56,803 nucleotides of DNA, taken from positions 1 to 56,803 of the IMG/VR virus record IMGVR_UViG_3300030060_002906. One strand, given 5' to 3'. The notes under the pieces were generated by a model. It searched no databases. It saw only the letters and a list, made by a program, of their open reading frames with translations, and was not told the DNA's origin. Below, piece by piece: positions 45,330 through 54,845 of the stretch. The DNA is from a virus (lineage: Duplodnaviria; Caudoviricetes). The first letter of the stretch is position 1. Each line of letters opens with the position of its first letter. Made by a program: the position numbers and the translations under genes.

Positions 45330-45641
45330 ATGGATATAAAAAATATTGTAAGCATAGATAACGAAAACATATGGAAAAGTGACCACACATCTAATCCATA
45401 TGCTATGGTTTTAAATGCAAAAAAAATATGGCGATTTACTAAAAACGAATGGCCAGAACAGTATAAGTTTTATTCTGAAATCATTAAAGAGAATGCTGTC
45501 GATTTCAAATGGGGACTACATAAACAAAAATCTTTTAAAATATTAACCATAAAAGAATACTGTTATTTTATGTCACCACCTGATATAATATATAGAGCTA
45601 TTAGAAAAGAACCTGACAAAAAGAAAGGTAGACGTAAATGA
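45330..45641 (+). CDS. hypothetical protein
   Basis: ORF in operon; aromatic-rich; no motif recognised. Confidence 0.5.
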   Translation: MDIKNIVSIDNENIWKSDHTSNPYAMVLNAKKIWRFTKNEWPEQYKFYSEIIKENAVDFKWGLHKQKSFKILTIKEYCYFMSPPDIIYRAIRKEPDKKKGRRK

Positions 45642-45766
45642 AAAAAGCTAAAAACAAAATTAAAAAAGTTATTACAGGACTAAAAAAAGCATCAAGAACT
45701 CATGCTAAACAAGCAAAAACATTACAAGGAGCAATAAGTGGCAGATCCAAGAAAAGGAACAGGTAA
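45638..45766 (+). CDS. 42-aa basic peptide (not in the ORF track)
   Basis: MKKAKNKIKKVITGLKKASRTHAKQAKTL... Confidence 0.5.
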   Translation: MKKAKNKIKKVITGLKKASRTHAKQAKTLQGAISGRSKKRNR

Positions 45767-46019
45767 AAAACCTAAAGGCACAGGTCGTAGATTATATACT
45801 GATGAAAACCCTAAAGACACAGTACGAATAAAGTTTGCTACACCAGCTGATGCTAGAGCTACTGTTGCAAAAGTAAAAAAAATATCAAAACCTTACGCTA
45901 GAAAAATACAAATTCTTACTGTGATGGAACAACGTGCTAAGGTTATGGGTAAAACTCAAGTAGTTTCTATTGCAAAAAAAGGCAAAGAAGCTTTAAAAAG
46001 ACAGTTTAAAAAAGCCTAA
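45738..46019 (+). CDS. basic conserved hypothetical protein
   Basis: GTG start with ggag; RRLYTDENPKDTVRIKFAT...QILTVMEQRA. Confidence 0.65.
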   Translation: MADPRKGTGKKPKGTGRRLYTDENPKDTVRIKFATPADARATVAKVKKISKPYARKIQILTVMEQRAKVMGKTQVVSIAKKGKEALKRQFKKA

Positions 46020-46020
46020 A

Positions 46021-46812
46021 GTGCAAATTAAATTAGAAAACAATAATTATGAAGACACTTTAAATTTACAAAGAAAATATCCTACTGTTGTTATTGATGA
46101 TTTTTTTCAAAACCCAGACATAATTAGAAAATACGCTTTATCTTTACCTTACGAAAAAGCTGTTGATGGAAGATGGCCTGGTAAAAGATCACCTTTATTA
46201 CATACCATAAACGAAAAACTTGTTTACTCAATAGCAAAAAAAATGCTTAGTGTTTATTATGATTTAAGCACAGAAATTTATTGGCATAGTATACAGATGG
46301 CTTTTCAAAAAATAAAACCTTATTCAAAAGATAAAAATAGTAATTTGAACAAAGGTTGGATTCATACCGATGGTGTAAGAACTTTAGCGGGAGTAGTATA
46401 TTTAACACCTAGTGTAGAAATAGATGCAGGCACATCAATATTTAAAATAAAAAGTATACACGCTGATTATGATATTAAAAAACAACAAACAGTTAAAGAT
46501 AAATTATACAAAGATAACTCATGTGATATGAACGAATACAATAAAGAGATAAATAATTTATACGATAAATTTAATAAAGTCACAGAAGTTAAAAATATTT
46601 ACAATAGATGTATTCTTTATGATGCTCACGAATATCACACAGGGACTAATTACTTTACCAATGATAAAGAAAGATTATCATTAGTTTTTTTCTTTACTAA
46701 TTTGACTTCAAGCATACCACCGAAGGATAGAATTATGTACTTTGACAAAGAAATAGAGTACGATATAATGAATTGTAAAAAAAATGGCAAAGATAGTAAC
46801 AACCATACCTGA
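46021..46812 (+). CDS. 2OG-Fe(II) oxygenase-like protein (DUF6445-like)
   Basis: VIDDFF..PD..R, WPGKRS, WIHTD, AGVVYL, YNR.ILYD...H, RLSLVFF. Confidence 0.78.
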   Translation: MQIKLENNNYEDTLNLQRKYPTVVIDDFFQNPDIIRKYALSLPYEKAVDGRWPGKRSPLLHTINEKLVYSIAKKMLSVYYDLSTEIYWHSIQMAFQKIKPYSKDKNSNLNKGWIHTDGVRTLAGVVYLTPSVEIDAGTSIFKIKSIHADYDIKKQQTVKDKLYKDNSCDMNEYNKEINNLYDKFNKVTEVKNIYNRCILYDAHEYHTGTNYFTNDKERLSLVFFFTNLTSSIPPKDRIMYFDKEIEYDIMNCKKNGKDSNNHT

Positions 46813-46948
46813 TCCCAAATCAGAATACACTGTTGAAAATCAAAGATTAATAAACTTAGCTTTAAATCAAATAATATCTAAATTAAATACATCTTATCAA
46901 GAAGATTTGAAATCAGAACAACAGGCTTTTGAATATTTTTTATCATGA
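46784..46948 (+). CDS. 54-aa tail-associated protein (not in the ORF track)
   Basis: MAKIVTTIPDPKSEY...LNTSYQEDLK..FEYFLS; ATGA overlap with the next gene. Confidence 0.55.
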   Translation: MAKIVTTIPDPKSEYTVENQRLINLALNQIISKLNTSYQEDLKSEQQAFEYFLS

Positions 46949-47295
46949 CAATTAGGTACAAAAATCAAGGTTTTAAACAAACTGGCACAGGTAAAACTAC
47001 AGTATTTACATGTCCTAGCGATGCAACAGTTATTGTTAAAAGTATTTATTGTGCTAACAATGATGCTTCATCAGCTATTTTAGTTAATATGAATATGGTT
47101 GATTCGTCTGATTCAAGCACTGAATATGAATTTTTTAGGGATGATGTACCAGCTAAATCTCAGGTAAATGCTTCACCACAAGGTTTAAATTTAGAAGCAG
47201 GTGATGCTATTACTGTGCAGGCAGCCACAGGAAGTGGTAAGATACAAGGTCTGATAAGCTATGCTTTAATTGATCGATTCTTGCAAAACGGATAA
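46945..47295 (+). CDS. small beta-sandwich structural protein
   Basis: TVFTCP...IVKSIYCAN...LNLEAGDAITV. Confidence 0.65.
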   Translation: MTIRYKNQGFKQTGTGKTTVFTCPSDATVIVKSIYCANNDASSAILVNMNMVDSSDSSTEYEFFRDDVPAKSQVNASPQGLNLEAGDAITVQAATGSGKIQGLISYALIDRFLQNG

Positions 47296-47855
47296 TGCAA
47301 ATACACCACGCTATTTTTAAAATAGACAAAAGTTTACCTGCGCAATATTGTCAACAATTAATTAATTACATAGATAAAAAAGCTGTCACAAAAGCAGGCG
47401 TATTAATTGGTGGTAAAAATGTAGTAGATACTAAACAAAGAAATGTTTTTGACTATGGTTTAGATAAAGACAATCCAGAAGATGTTGTGCATAGTAAAAT
47501 TTTAATGCAGAAAATGAAAGAGGCTTTAGATAAATATGTGCAAACTTTTAATTACCTAAGAGAGGCTAGTCCACAAACAATAAATTTATTAAAGTATAAA
47601 AAAGGTAATTTTTACAGTCCGCATATTGACGCTTTTCATACTGTAAACAGACAACTATCTTTTATCTTTTGTTTAAATAATAATTATGATGGAGGTGAGT
47701 TATTTTTTTATCATCCTATTACAAAAAAACCTTATTCTCAAGCTCATTTAAATGAAGGAGATTTAATTATGTTTCCAAGTAATTTTTTATATCCTCATCA
47801 AGTTAGTCCTATAAAAAAAGGTACTAGATATAGTGTGGTTGCTTGGTATAGTTAA
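47295..47855 (+). CDS. prolyl-4-hydroxylase-like 2OG-Fe(II) oxygenase
   Basis: YSPHID (HxD), LNNNYDGGEL, FPSNFLYPHQV, GTRYSVVAW. Confidence 0.9.
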   Translation: MQIHHAIFKIDKSLPAQYCQQLINYIDKKAVTKAGVLIGGKNVVDTKQRNVFDYGLDKDNPEDVVHSKILMQKMKEALDKYVQTFNYLREASPQTINLLKYKKGNFYSPHIDAFHTVNRQLSFIFCLNNNYDGGELFFYHPITKKPYSQAHLNEGDLIMFPSNFLYPHQVSPIKKGTRYSVVAWYS

Positions 47856-47893
47856 TACTTGATTTATTCTAATATTTATAGGATATTATTTTA

Positions 47894-48094
47894 ATGAAGA
47901 AAATAAAATGTGAATCACAAGAAACATATAGAAACATTAAAACAAATTTTAAGTATGAGTCTAAAGAACATGCTGACAAAGATGTTGCAGATCCTACTAC
48001 TGATACAAAAAAAGAACACATAGCCGTTGATGTAAATATTATAGTACCAAAAGAAGTTTTTTCTTTAGTCAGTAAAACCAAAGATGAAAATTAA
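47894..48094 (+). CDS. small hypothetical protein
   Basis: YESKEHADKDVADP..T. Confidence 0.55.
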   Translation: MKKIKCESQETYRNIKTNFKYESKEHADKDVADPTTDTKKEHIAVDVNIIVPKEVFSLVSKTKDEN

Positions 48095-48401
48095 ATACGA
48101 CAGGTTTTACTACAATCCTTTGCCAAAAGAGTTGATGATAGGAGTGAGTTCTACTCATGGACATGGTGTTTTTGCTGCACAAGACATTCCAAAAAAATAT
48201 GACTTAGGTATGAGTCACATTAAAATACCCATAATACATGGATACGTTAGAACACCTATGGGAGGTTTTTTAAATCATAGCGAGGAACCAAATTGTCGTT
48301 TGTTTATTGATTTAGATTGGGATGATTATTTGGTGTATAAAGTAATGACCATAAGCAGAATTAAAAAAGGTCAAGAGTTATTATTAGAGTATGGTGCATG
48401 A
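48084..48401 (+). CDS. minimal SET-domain lysine methyltransferase
   Basis: STHGHGVFA, GGFLNHSEEPNC, IKKGQELLLEYG. Confidence 0.9.
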   Translation: MKIKYDRFYYNPLPKELMIGVSSTHGHGVFAAQDIPKKYDLGMSHIKIPIIHGYVRTPMGGFLNHSEEPNCRLFIDLDWDDYLVYKVMTISRIKKGQELLLEYGA

Positions 48402-49327
48402 CTCCTTTAGGTGGCACAGAAATACAACACAGATTTTTATCTCATTATGTCGATGATCATTTATTGGATAACTTTCAAATATGCACATCAATACCTGGTA
48501 AAGTAGAATTAAGTAAAGATAAGATAAATATACTCTGGCAAAAAAATAGTCACGACCAACCTAATATATATCCCTGGTTTGAAGACAAAACAAATCATAA
48601 TAAATTTGATTGGTATATTTTTAACAGTCATTGGAATTATGAAAAATATAGATATAGATTTGATATACCAACACACAAATGTCATGTAATCAAAAATGGT
48701 GTAAATAATTTTCCTACGCTTTCACCTTTTAAAAAAGGGGATATGGTGCGTATGTTATTTCATGTAACACCATGGAGGGGTCTTAATGTTTTGTTAGGTG
48801 CTATGAGTTTATTGAAAGACTGTAACGTGCATGTAGATGTGTTTAGTAGTTGTAAAATTTATGGAGAAGAGTTTGAAAAAGAAAACAATGATAGGTATGA
48901 GCCGCTGTATGAACAAGCAAGAAAATTAGAAAACGTTACTTACATCGGATATAAAGAACATTCTTTTATACAAAAATATATTTATCGTTATCATATGTTT
49001 GCATATCCTAGTATTTGGGAGGAGACAAGTTGTAATGCAGCTCTTGAATCAATGGCTGCTGGTTTATTTTGTATTGTAACAAATTTTGGTGCATTGTATG
49101 AAACGTGTTCTGAGTTTCCTGTATATGTTACCTATGAGAAAGATACGAAAAGACTTGCTAGTAAATTTGCATCTGCGATACGACAAGCAGTAAACACGAT
49201 ACACGAGCCAGAGGTGTTTGAACATTTGCAAATGCAACAAAACTTTGTTAAAAAATTTTATAGTTGGGATAAGAAAAAAATAGAGTGGACTAATTTTTTA
49301 CAGGGTGCTCTGAATGCAAAACGTTAA
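48398..49327 (+). CDS. glycosyltransferase, GT-B fold (GT4/Glycos_transf_1-like)
   Basis: PLGGTE, PWRGL, YPSIWEETSCNAALESMAAG, TNFGALYE. Confidence 0.88.
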   Translation: MTPLGGTEIQHRFLSHYVDDHLLDNFQICTSIPGKVELSKDKINILWQKNSHDQPNIYPWFEDKTNHNKFDWYIFNSHWNYEKYRYRFDIPTHKCHVIKNGVNNFPTLSPFKKGDMVRMLFHVTPWRGLNVLLGAMSLLKDCNVHVDVFSSCKIYGEEFEKENNDRYEPLYEQARKLENVTYIGYKEHSFIQKYIYRYHMFAYPSIWEETSCNAALESMAAGLFCIVTNFGALYETCSEFPVYVTYEKDTKRLASKFASAIRQAVNTIHEPEVFEHLQMQQNFVKKFYSWDKKKIEWTNFLQGALNAKR

Positions 49328-50093
49328 ATTATTTGTAGCTACGCCTGTGCATAGTAATGTTTCTATACATTACTTGCAAACTGTAATTATGTTACAGAAA
49401 AAATGTTATGAAAAAAATATAGAGTTTACTTTACAAACTATGAAGTGTTCTCTTGTTACTAATGGTAGAAATATATGTGTATCTGATTTTATGAACTCTG
49501 ATTGCACTCATATGCTTTTCTTAGATAGTGATATACAAATAGAAGCAGAGTCTATTATAACTATGATAGAAAAAAATAAAGAACTGTTATGTATACCATA
49601 TCCTTTAAAAACTGTTAAATTTGATAAAATGTATGAAATACAAAAATTAAGACCAGATTTTAATTTAGAGCAAATGAGTATGGCTGGTAATGTGTATCCC
49701 GTAAGATTAGCCGATGATAAATCAATAACAGTTACTGATGGTATGTGTGAGTTAACACACTCTGCTACTGGTTGTTTATTAATACAAAAAAATGTATTTA
49801 ATAAAATGATAGCTAAATATCCAGATTTAAAAATTAATCAAGAAGTTACCATAGATAATGAAAAAGTTATGAAACCTAATTTATACAATTTTTTTGATAC
49901 GTATTTTGATAAAAAGAAAAATTTATATTATGGAGAAGACTTTGCTTTCTCCAGATTATGGCGTAAAATGGGCGGGAAGTGTTATGCGTTAATAACAGAA
50001 TACATAACACATGTGGGTGACTATTCTTATACAGGCAGACTGATTGACGAAATGTATGCTGTAGGTATTGATAGTAAGGGAAAAAACAAGTAA
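49314..50093 (+). CDS. glycosyltransferase, GT-A fold-like
   Basis: LFVATP, SLVTNGRN, LFLDSD (DxD), TGCLLI, YGEDFAF, ITHVG. Confidence 0.8.
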   Translation: MQNVKLFVATPVHSNVSIHYLQTVIMLQKKCYEKNIEFTLQTMKCSLVTNGRNICVSDFMNSDCTHMLFLDSDIQIEAESIITMIEKNKELLCIPYPLKTVKFDKMYEIQKLRPDFNLEQMSMAGNVYPVRLADDKSITVTDGMCELTHSATGCLLIQKNVFNKMIAKYPDLKINQEVTIDNEKVMKPNLYNFFDTYFDKKKNLYYGEDFAFSRLWRKMGGKCYALITEYITHVGDYSYTGRLIDEMYAVGIDSKGKNK

Positions 50094-50096
50094 ACT
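50068..50096 (+). promoter_or_regulatory. promoter for the ejection-protein operon
   Basis: TTGATA-17-TAAACT; RBS aaggag downstream. Confidence 0.5.
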
Positions 50097-50123
50097 ATAC
50101 GTAGAAACACAAAAGGAGTTATT

Positions 50124-50954
50124 ATGGCATTTCCAGTTTTAGCGATGGCAATAGGAGCAGGAATAGGAGGCTTATACACAAAAGCATCAGGTGGCTCCAA
50201 CAGAGATATGATTAAGAATATGTTTTTAGGTGCAGCACTCGGAGCAGGTGCAGGCACAGCAATAGGTGGTTTAGGTGCTACTACCGGAGGATTAACAGCA
50301 GCACAAACAACAGCATTATCAGGAACTTTACCTTCATACAACGCAGCAGCAGCTGCTCAAGCTGGACAAGCAGGTTTAGCTTCTAAATTAGGTTTATCTG
50401 CAGGTCAAGCCAAACTTGCAGGAACAGCAGCCGTTGCAGCACCACTAATGATGGGTGGCGGACAGCAAGGTGGAGAGTTCAAACCACCATTTACTGATCA
50501 ACAATATGCTGATGCAAGAATGAGGGCAGATGAACAAGTAGCAGGATTAGGTCAAAGATTTAATTATGATGCAGAACCACAAGGTATGGTAGATAATCCA
50601 GCAATGTATGCTTTGTCTGAGGGAGGTATTGTAAATGCCTTACCAAGATTTAATAAAGGTGGTAATGTTCAATATTTACCTAGTAAATTAGATCACGATG
50701 AAAAAGATGTAAGTAATTATGTAAGAGCTCAAGGTTATATAGAAGATGCAACAGACATAGCTAATAAAGATGAGGACACTATGTTAGCACAATTAGCAGA
50801 TGGTGAGTTTGTAAGTAGAGCAGACGCAGTTTTAGGTGCTGGCATTATGAGTGGTGCTAACCCTAAAGACTTTAAGGAGATGAGAGAAAAAGGAGCAAAA
50901 TTTTTTTATAATCAACAAGATCAGTTGAAAAGGATCTACGACATAACTAGCTGA
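50124..50954 (+). CDS. internal virion protein with hydrophobic N-terminus and C-terminal GEFV domain
   Basis: Gly/Ala TM-like N-terminus; LSEGG and FNKGG tags; DTMLAQLADGEFVSRADAV. Confidence 0.7.
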   Translation: MAFPVLAMAIGAGIGGLYTKASGGSNRDMIKNMFLGAALGAGAGTAIGGLGATTGGLTAAQTTALSGTLPSYNAAAAAQAGQAGLASKLGLSAGQAKLAGTAAVAAPLMMGGGQQGGEFKPPFTDQQYADARMRADEQVAGLGQRFNYDAEPQGMVDNPAMYALSEGGIVNALPRFNKGGNVQYLPSKLDHDEKDVSNYVRAQGYIEDATDIANKDEDTMLAQLADGEFVSRADAVLGAGIMSGANPKDFKEMREKGAKFFYNQQDQLKRIYDITS

Positions 50955-51292
50955 TGGTTTTGTCTGATGAAATATGGGCTGTTTTAAAGCCTGCTGCTGA
51001 GATAGGAGATTTTGCTACTAGAGAAGACATAGAAGATAGATTAGCAACTGGTGAGTTTAAATTGTGGACAAAAAATAAAAGTGCAGCTGTAACAAACAAA
51101 ATTAATAATACTTTACGTATTGGTTTAGCTGGTGGTGATTTAAAAGATTTGATTGAGATAGAAAAAGATATATATGCTTACGCAAAAAGTATGTGGTTTA
51201 GTCATGTAGATATTTTAGGAAGATGTGGTTGGGAAAAAGTTTTACCTAATTACGAAAAACAAGCAGTATTACTTAGAAGGAAAATAGTATGA
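50954..51292 (+). CDS. GNAT-fold virion assembly protein (P22 gp14/T7 gp13-like position)
   Basis: LRIGLAGG...AYAK...ILGRCGWEKVL. Confidence 0.6.
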   Translation: MVLSDEIWAVLKPAAEIGDFATREDIEDRLATGEFKLWTKNKSAAVTNKINNTLRIGLAGGDLKDLIEIEKDIYAYAKSMWFSHVDILGRCGWEKVLPNYEKQAVLLRRKIV

Positions 51293-52188
51293 GTTTCATT
51301 TTTGGAGGCGGTGGCGGCGGCGGTGGCGGCGGTGGCGGCGCACAAACAGGCACACAAACAAATATTACAAGAGAAGCTCCAGAGATTGAAGGTAGAAAAC
51401 TAGCCTTATACGATGAGGCAATGAGATTAGCAAAGGAGCCTATAGAAGTTCCAGATTATCAAGTAGCAGGCCCATCTCCATTAGAAAAAGAAGCATTTAG
51501 GTTATCAGGAACAACAGGTACAGGACAACCTACTACTACAGCAGGTATAGCTTCTATATTAAGTGGTAACTTGATGGCTGCTCAACAACCAGATATAGAT
51601 GCTTTTATGAATCCATTTCAAAGATATGTAGTGGATGAAGTAAACAGACAATCAGCAATGAGAGAAAATCAGATAGCAGCACAAGCTGTACAAGCTGGTG
51701 CTTTTGGTGGGGGTAGAGAAGGTGTACAAAGAGCAGAAGAAGAGAAAAGAAGATTAAGCACTATCGGACAACTGTCTGCTGCAGGATTTGATAAAGCAGT
51801 TGGTGCTGCACAACAACAACAAAGATTTCAAACAGAAGCTGCTATGCAAACAGGACAAAGTTTATTGAGTGCTGGTAAACAACAACAATTAATGCAACAA
51901 GCAGACATAGCACAATTAGGTCAATCCGGTGCAATACAAAGACAAATAGCTGATAGGGCTCTAGCAGCAGAAAGACAAACACAAGTAGCAAGACAATATG
52001 AGCCTTTTCAAAGATTAGAGTTTGCTAAAGGTATTATGACCACCCTACCAACAGCTGCTTCTCAAATTACACAAACCACAGGCCCAGGAACTAATCCTTT
52101 CGCACAAGCCATAGGTGCAGGTGTTGGAGCTTACTCTGCATATAAAATGGTTGGTCCAGGTGGAGCTGCTGCTGGCGGAGGCGGTTAA
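51289..52188 (+). CDS. DNA ejection/pilot protein
   Basis: Poly-Gly N-terminus, FMNPFQ..V, AGAFGGGR, Gln/Ala-rich helices, hydrophobic C-terminus. Confidence 0.7.
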   Translation: MSFIFGGGGGGGGGGGGAQTGTQTNITREAPEIEGRKLALYDEAMRLAKEPIEVPDYQVAGPSPLEKEAFRLSGTTGTGQPTTTAGIASILSGNLMAAQQPDIDAFMNPFQRYVVDEVNRQSAMRENQIAAQAVQAGAFGGGREGVQRAEEEKRRLSTIGQLSAAGFDKAVGAAQQQQRFQTEAAMQTGQSLLSAGKQQQLMQQADIAQLGQSGAIQRQIADRALAAERQTQVARQYEPFQRLEFAKGIMTTLPTAASQITQTTGPGTNPFAQAIGAGVGAYSAYKMVGPGGAAAGGGG

Positions 52189-54845
52189 TGTTAAATTTAC
52201 TATTTAGTTTAGGTAGAGCAGGATTAAAACGTGCGGCTCCTTTAGTTAAAAGAGGCATAGGTGCTTTAAGAAAAAAAGCTCCTGAAACTGTAAAAAAAAC
52301 TGAAGCTGGTTTTAAAAAAGTAAAAGCTAGAACAGCACCTAGAAGACAAGAATTTAAAAAAAGAACAGATGCAATCTTAGGTGCTAAATTAAAAAAAACA
52401 CCTACAGATGTACCAGTCCCAGGCACAGGAGCTTACTTAGGAGGTCGTGCTATGGATGTAGCTGGTTTAGGTGGATTAGGTTTTGGTGCTGTAGAGACTG
52501 CTAAATCTGTAACACCATTATTTACTGATGAAGAGTTTACTAAATCAGATGCTCTTATGTTAGCTTCTGGTATTGTAGCAGCAAATCCAGCTTTGAAATT
52601 TGGTAAAAGAGCTTTATCTAGACTAGCAGGATCAGGAACTTTTTATAAACCAAGAATGAAGTTAGATAAAAAAGGAAAATCAACTGGAGAAAAAGTTATT
52701 GATGAGGTAACTGGAAAACCAGTTAAAGATAGATTTGTAAGATTTGCATCACCTTTAGAGAGAAGAAGAGAATTATTAGGTTTTGGAGCTAGTGTGCCTT
52801 TGGCAGTTGGTGCTGGATTTTTAGAGCAACCTGGTGAAGTAGATAAATTACAACCTTTAGAAAGAGCAGATGAGCAGGATGAAATATTTAAAAATTTAGC
52901 TTTAGAGCCACAGATGGGTCCGAACATGAAGAAGGTAGCTGATAAAATAAAACAAAGACCTGGACAATATAGCGAAGAACAACAATTACAAATGTTAAAT
53001 GAGGCAAAACAATTAGATGAAGCACAAAAAAAAGAAGCTATACCACCAGAAAAAGAGTCAGCTGAGAACGTAGTAGAGCAAGTAGAAAAAGAAGAAGAGA
53101 AAATTGTAGATCCTCCTGTCAGTGTAGCACCAGATGAAATAGACATGGACAAAAATCCTGGACAAGCTGTAGATGATGCTGATACAGCAGCTAAAGATAA
53201 AATTTTAACAACTGAAAAAAATCCTGGTGGCAATCCTAATGTTCTTGATTTACCTGAAAACGTTTATGCAGACGGAGACTTACATTCGTTGATGGCAGGA
53301 GCTCAAAGTATTTCTAGAGATTACTCAGCAATGAACGAAGCTATGGATGAGTATAAGAGATTTATTGAAACAGAAGAAGGTAAAGTACAAAGCTACGATC
53401 AATATAGAAAAAGGTTTGCAGAAATTACTGGCGACAACAATGAAGAGTCTGCTAACTTAGCAATGTTTAAATGGGCTATGGCTATGATGACAGGTAGATC
53501 AAATGAAAAAGGGTTATCTGGATTTTTAGATATAGCAGGTCAAGCTGGTATGGTTTATGCTGACGACTTAGCCGCTATACATGCTCAAAATAGAGCAGAA
53601 GAAATGCAAATCGCTAATGCTTTTATGGCTTACGAACAAGATGCACAAAGATATTTATCTGGATTAGAGCAAGGCAGATTGTCACAAATCATACAAAATG
53701 AAAGACAAATTATGGATGATAAAGTGGCTGATGACCAGCAGTTATTTAATAATAGAGTAGCTCTGTATCAACTGTATTTAGAAAAAATGAAATATATGCA
53801 AGAGATAGAAGACGCTAAAAATGAAAGCTTAGCTGCACCTAGAAAAGATCAAGAATTTTTTGTTGTTGATGACGAAAACGCTTTGTTTAAAAGAAAAAAA
53901 ATTAGAATTGGTTTTACAGAAGAAGGCAAAAGAGTAAAGTTTGAATTTGATGAAAATAATAATGAAATTATAGTACCGATAGGTCCTGATGAAGCTCAAG
54001 GATTATCTTTAGGTAAAAAGTTAGATACAGCTCGACTTAATAAAGACTTAACAAGTCTTATTGCTATGAACCAAGGATTACGTTTTTCAAAAGCTGTTCT
54101 AGACATGGAAAAAGTAGCAAAAGGTTCTCCTGGTGCTGTGAGTCAATTATTGACTGATTTAGGAAGTTTATACAGAGATTGGAGTCCTACAGCCGGAGGT
54201 AATTTACCAAGATCAGCAGCAGACTTTGATACTGGTATACAAGATATGTTGTTTTCATCTACACAACTAGGAACTGGTGAAAGAACTAGAGCAGATAATA
54301 AAGCTTATAACAAGCTTATGAAGGAGTTCAATAAAGATAGAGAAGAAACAGAAATAGCAATAGCAGACATAAGAAAAAATAAAGAAAATAGTAAATATAT
54401 ATCTGGTGAAGCTAAAACATTAATTAAAAATGCTAAAACAGAAAAACAAAGACAAAAACTTATAGATGATTTAGCCCTATTAAGATTGATTGAAAACAGA
54501 ATGAAATATATTGTTGCGAACGCAAACAAAGGAGAAGATAGATTGACAGTTGCAGACGTTAATGATGCTGCACAAAATACTGCTATTATAAGATTTTTAA
54601 TGCCATCTGAAAAAGTAGATGCAAACTATAGAGCTATTCAAAAAGAATTAAACTTAAAATATAATGATTTAGCTGCTAAATATATTGAAAATGGTGGTAA
54701 TCAAAGACAACTTATGAAACACGACTATGCTACAATTATTGCTGAATATAAAGCTGGATTACAGGCAAAAGAAAAGCAAAAATTAGACTCTTCAAATCAA
54801 AATGAATCATTAAATAATTTAATTAATAAAGTATTAGGTCAATAA
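52188..54845 (+). CDS. large internal virion/ejection protein
   Basis: 885 aa, helical, hydrophobic segments; RLTVADV motif near the C-terminus; operon position. Confidence 0.65.
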   Translation: MLNLLFSLGRAGLKRAAPLVKRGIGALRKKAPETVKKTEAGFKKVKARTAPRRQEFKKRTDAILGAKLKKTPTDVPVPGTGAYLGGRAMDVAGLGGLGFGAVETAKSVTPLFTDEEFTKSDALMLASGIVAANPALKFGKRALSRLAGSGTFYKPRMKLDKKGKSTGEKVIDEVTGKPVKDRFVRFASPLERRRELLGFGASVPLAVGAGFLEQPGEVDKLQPLERADEQDEIFKNLALEPQMGPNMKKVADKIKQRPGQYSEEQQLQMLNEAKQLDEAQKKEAIPPEKESAENVVEQVEKEEEKIVDPPVSVAPDEIDMDKNPGQAVDDADTAAKDKILTTEKNPGGNPNVLDLPENVYADGDLHSLMAGAQSISRDYSAMNEAMDEYKRFIETEEGKVQSYDQYRKRFAEITGDNNEESANLAMFKWAMAMMTGRSNEKGLSGFLDIAGQAGMVYADDLAAIHAQNRAEEMQIANAFMAYEQDAQRYLSGLEQGRLSQIIQNERQIMDDKVADDQQLFNNRVALYQLYLEKMKYMQEIEDAKNESLAAPRKDQEFFVVDDENALFKRKKIRIGFTEEGKRVKFEFDENNNEIIVPIGPDEAQGLSLGKKLDTARLNKDLTSLIAMNQGLRFSKAVLDMEKVAKGSPGAVSQLLTDLGSLYRDWSPTAGGNLPRSAADFDTGIQDMLFSSTQLGTGERTRADNKAYNKLMKEFNKDREETEIAIADIRKNKENSKYISGEAKTLIKNAKTEKQRQKLIDDLALLRLIENRMKYIVANANKGEDRLTVADVNDAAQNTAIIRFLMPSEKVDANYRAIQKELNLKYNDLAAKYIENGGNQRQLMKHDYATIIAEYKAGLQAKEKQKLDSSNQNESLNNLINKVLGQ

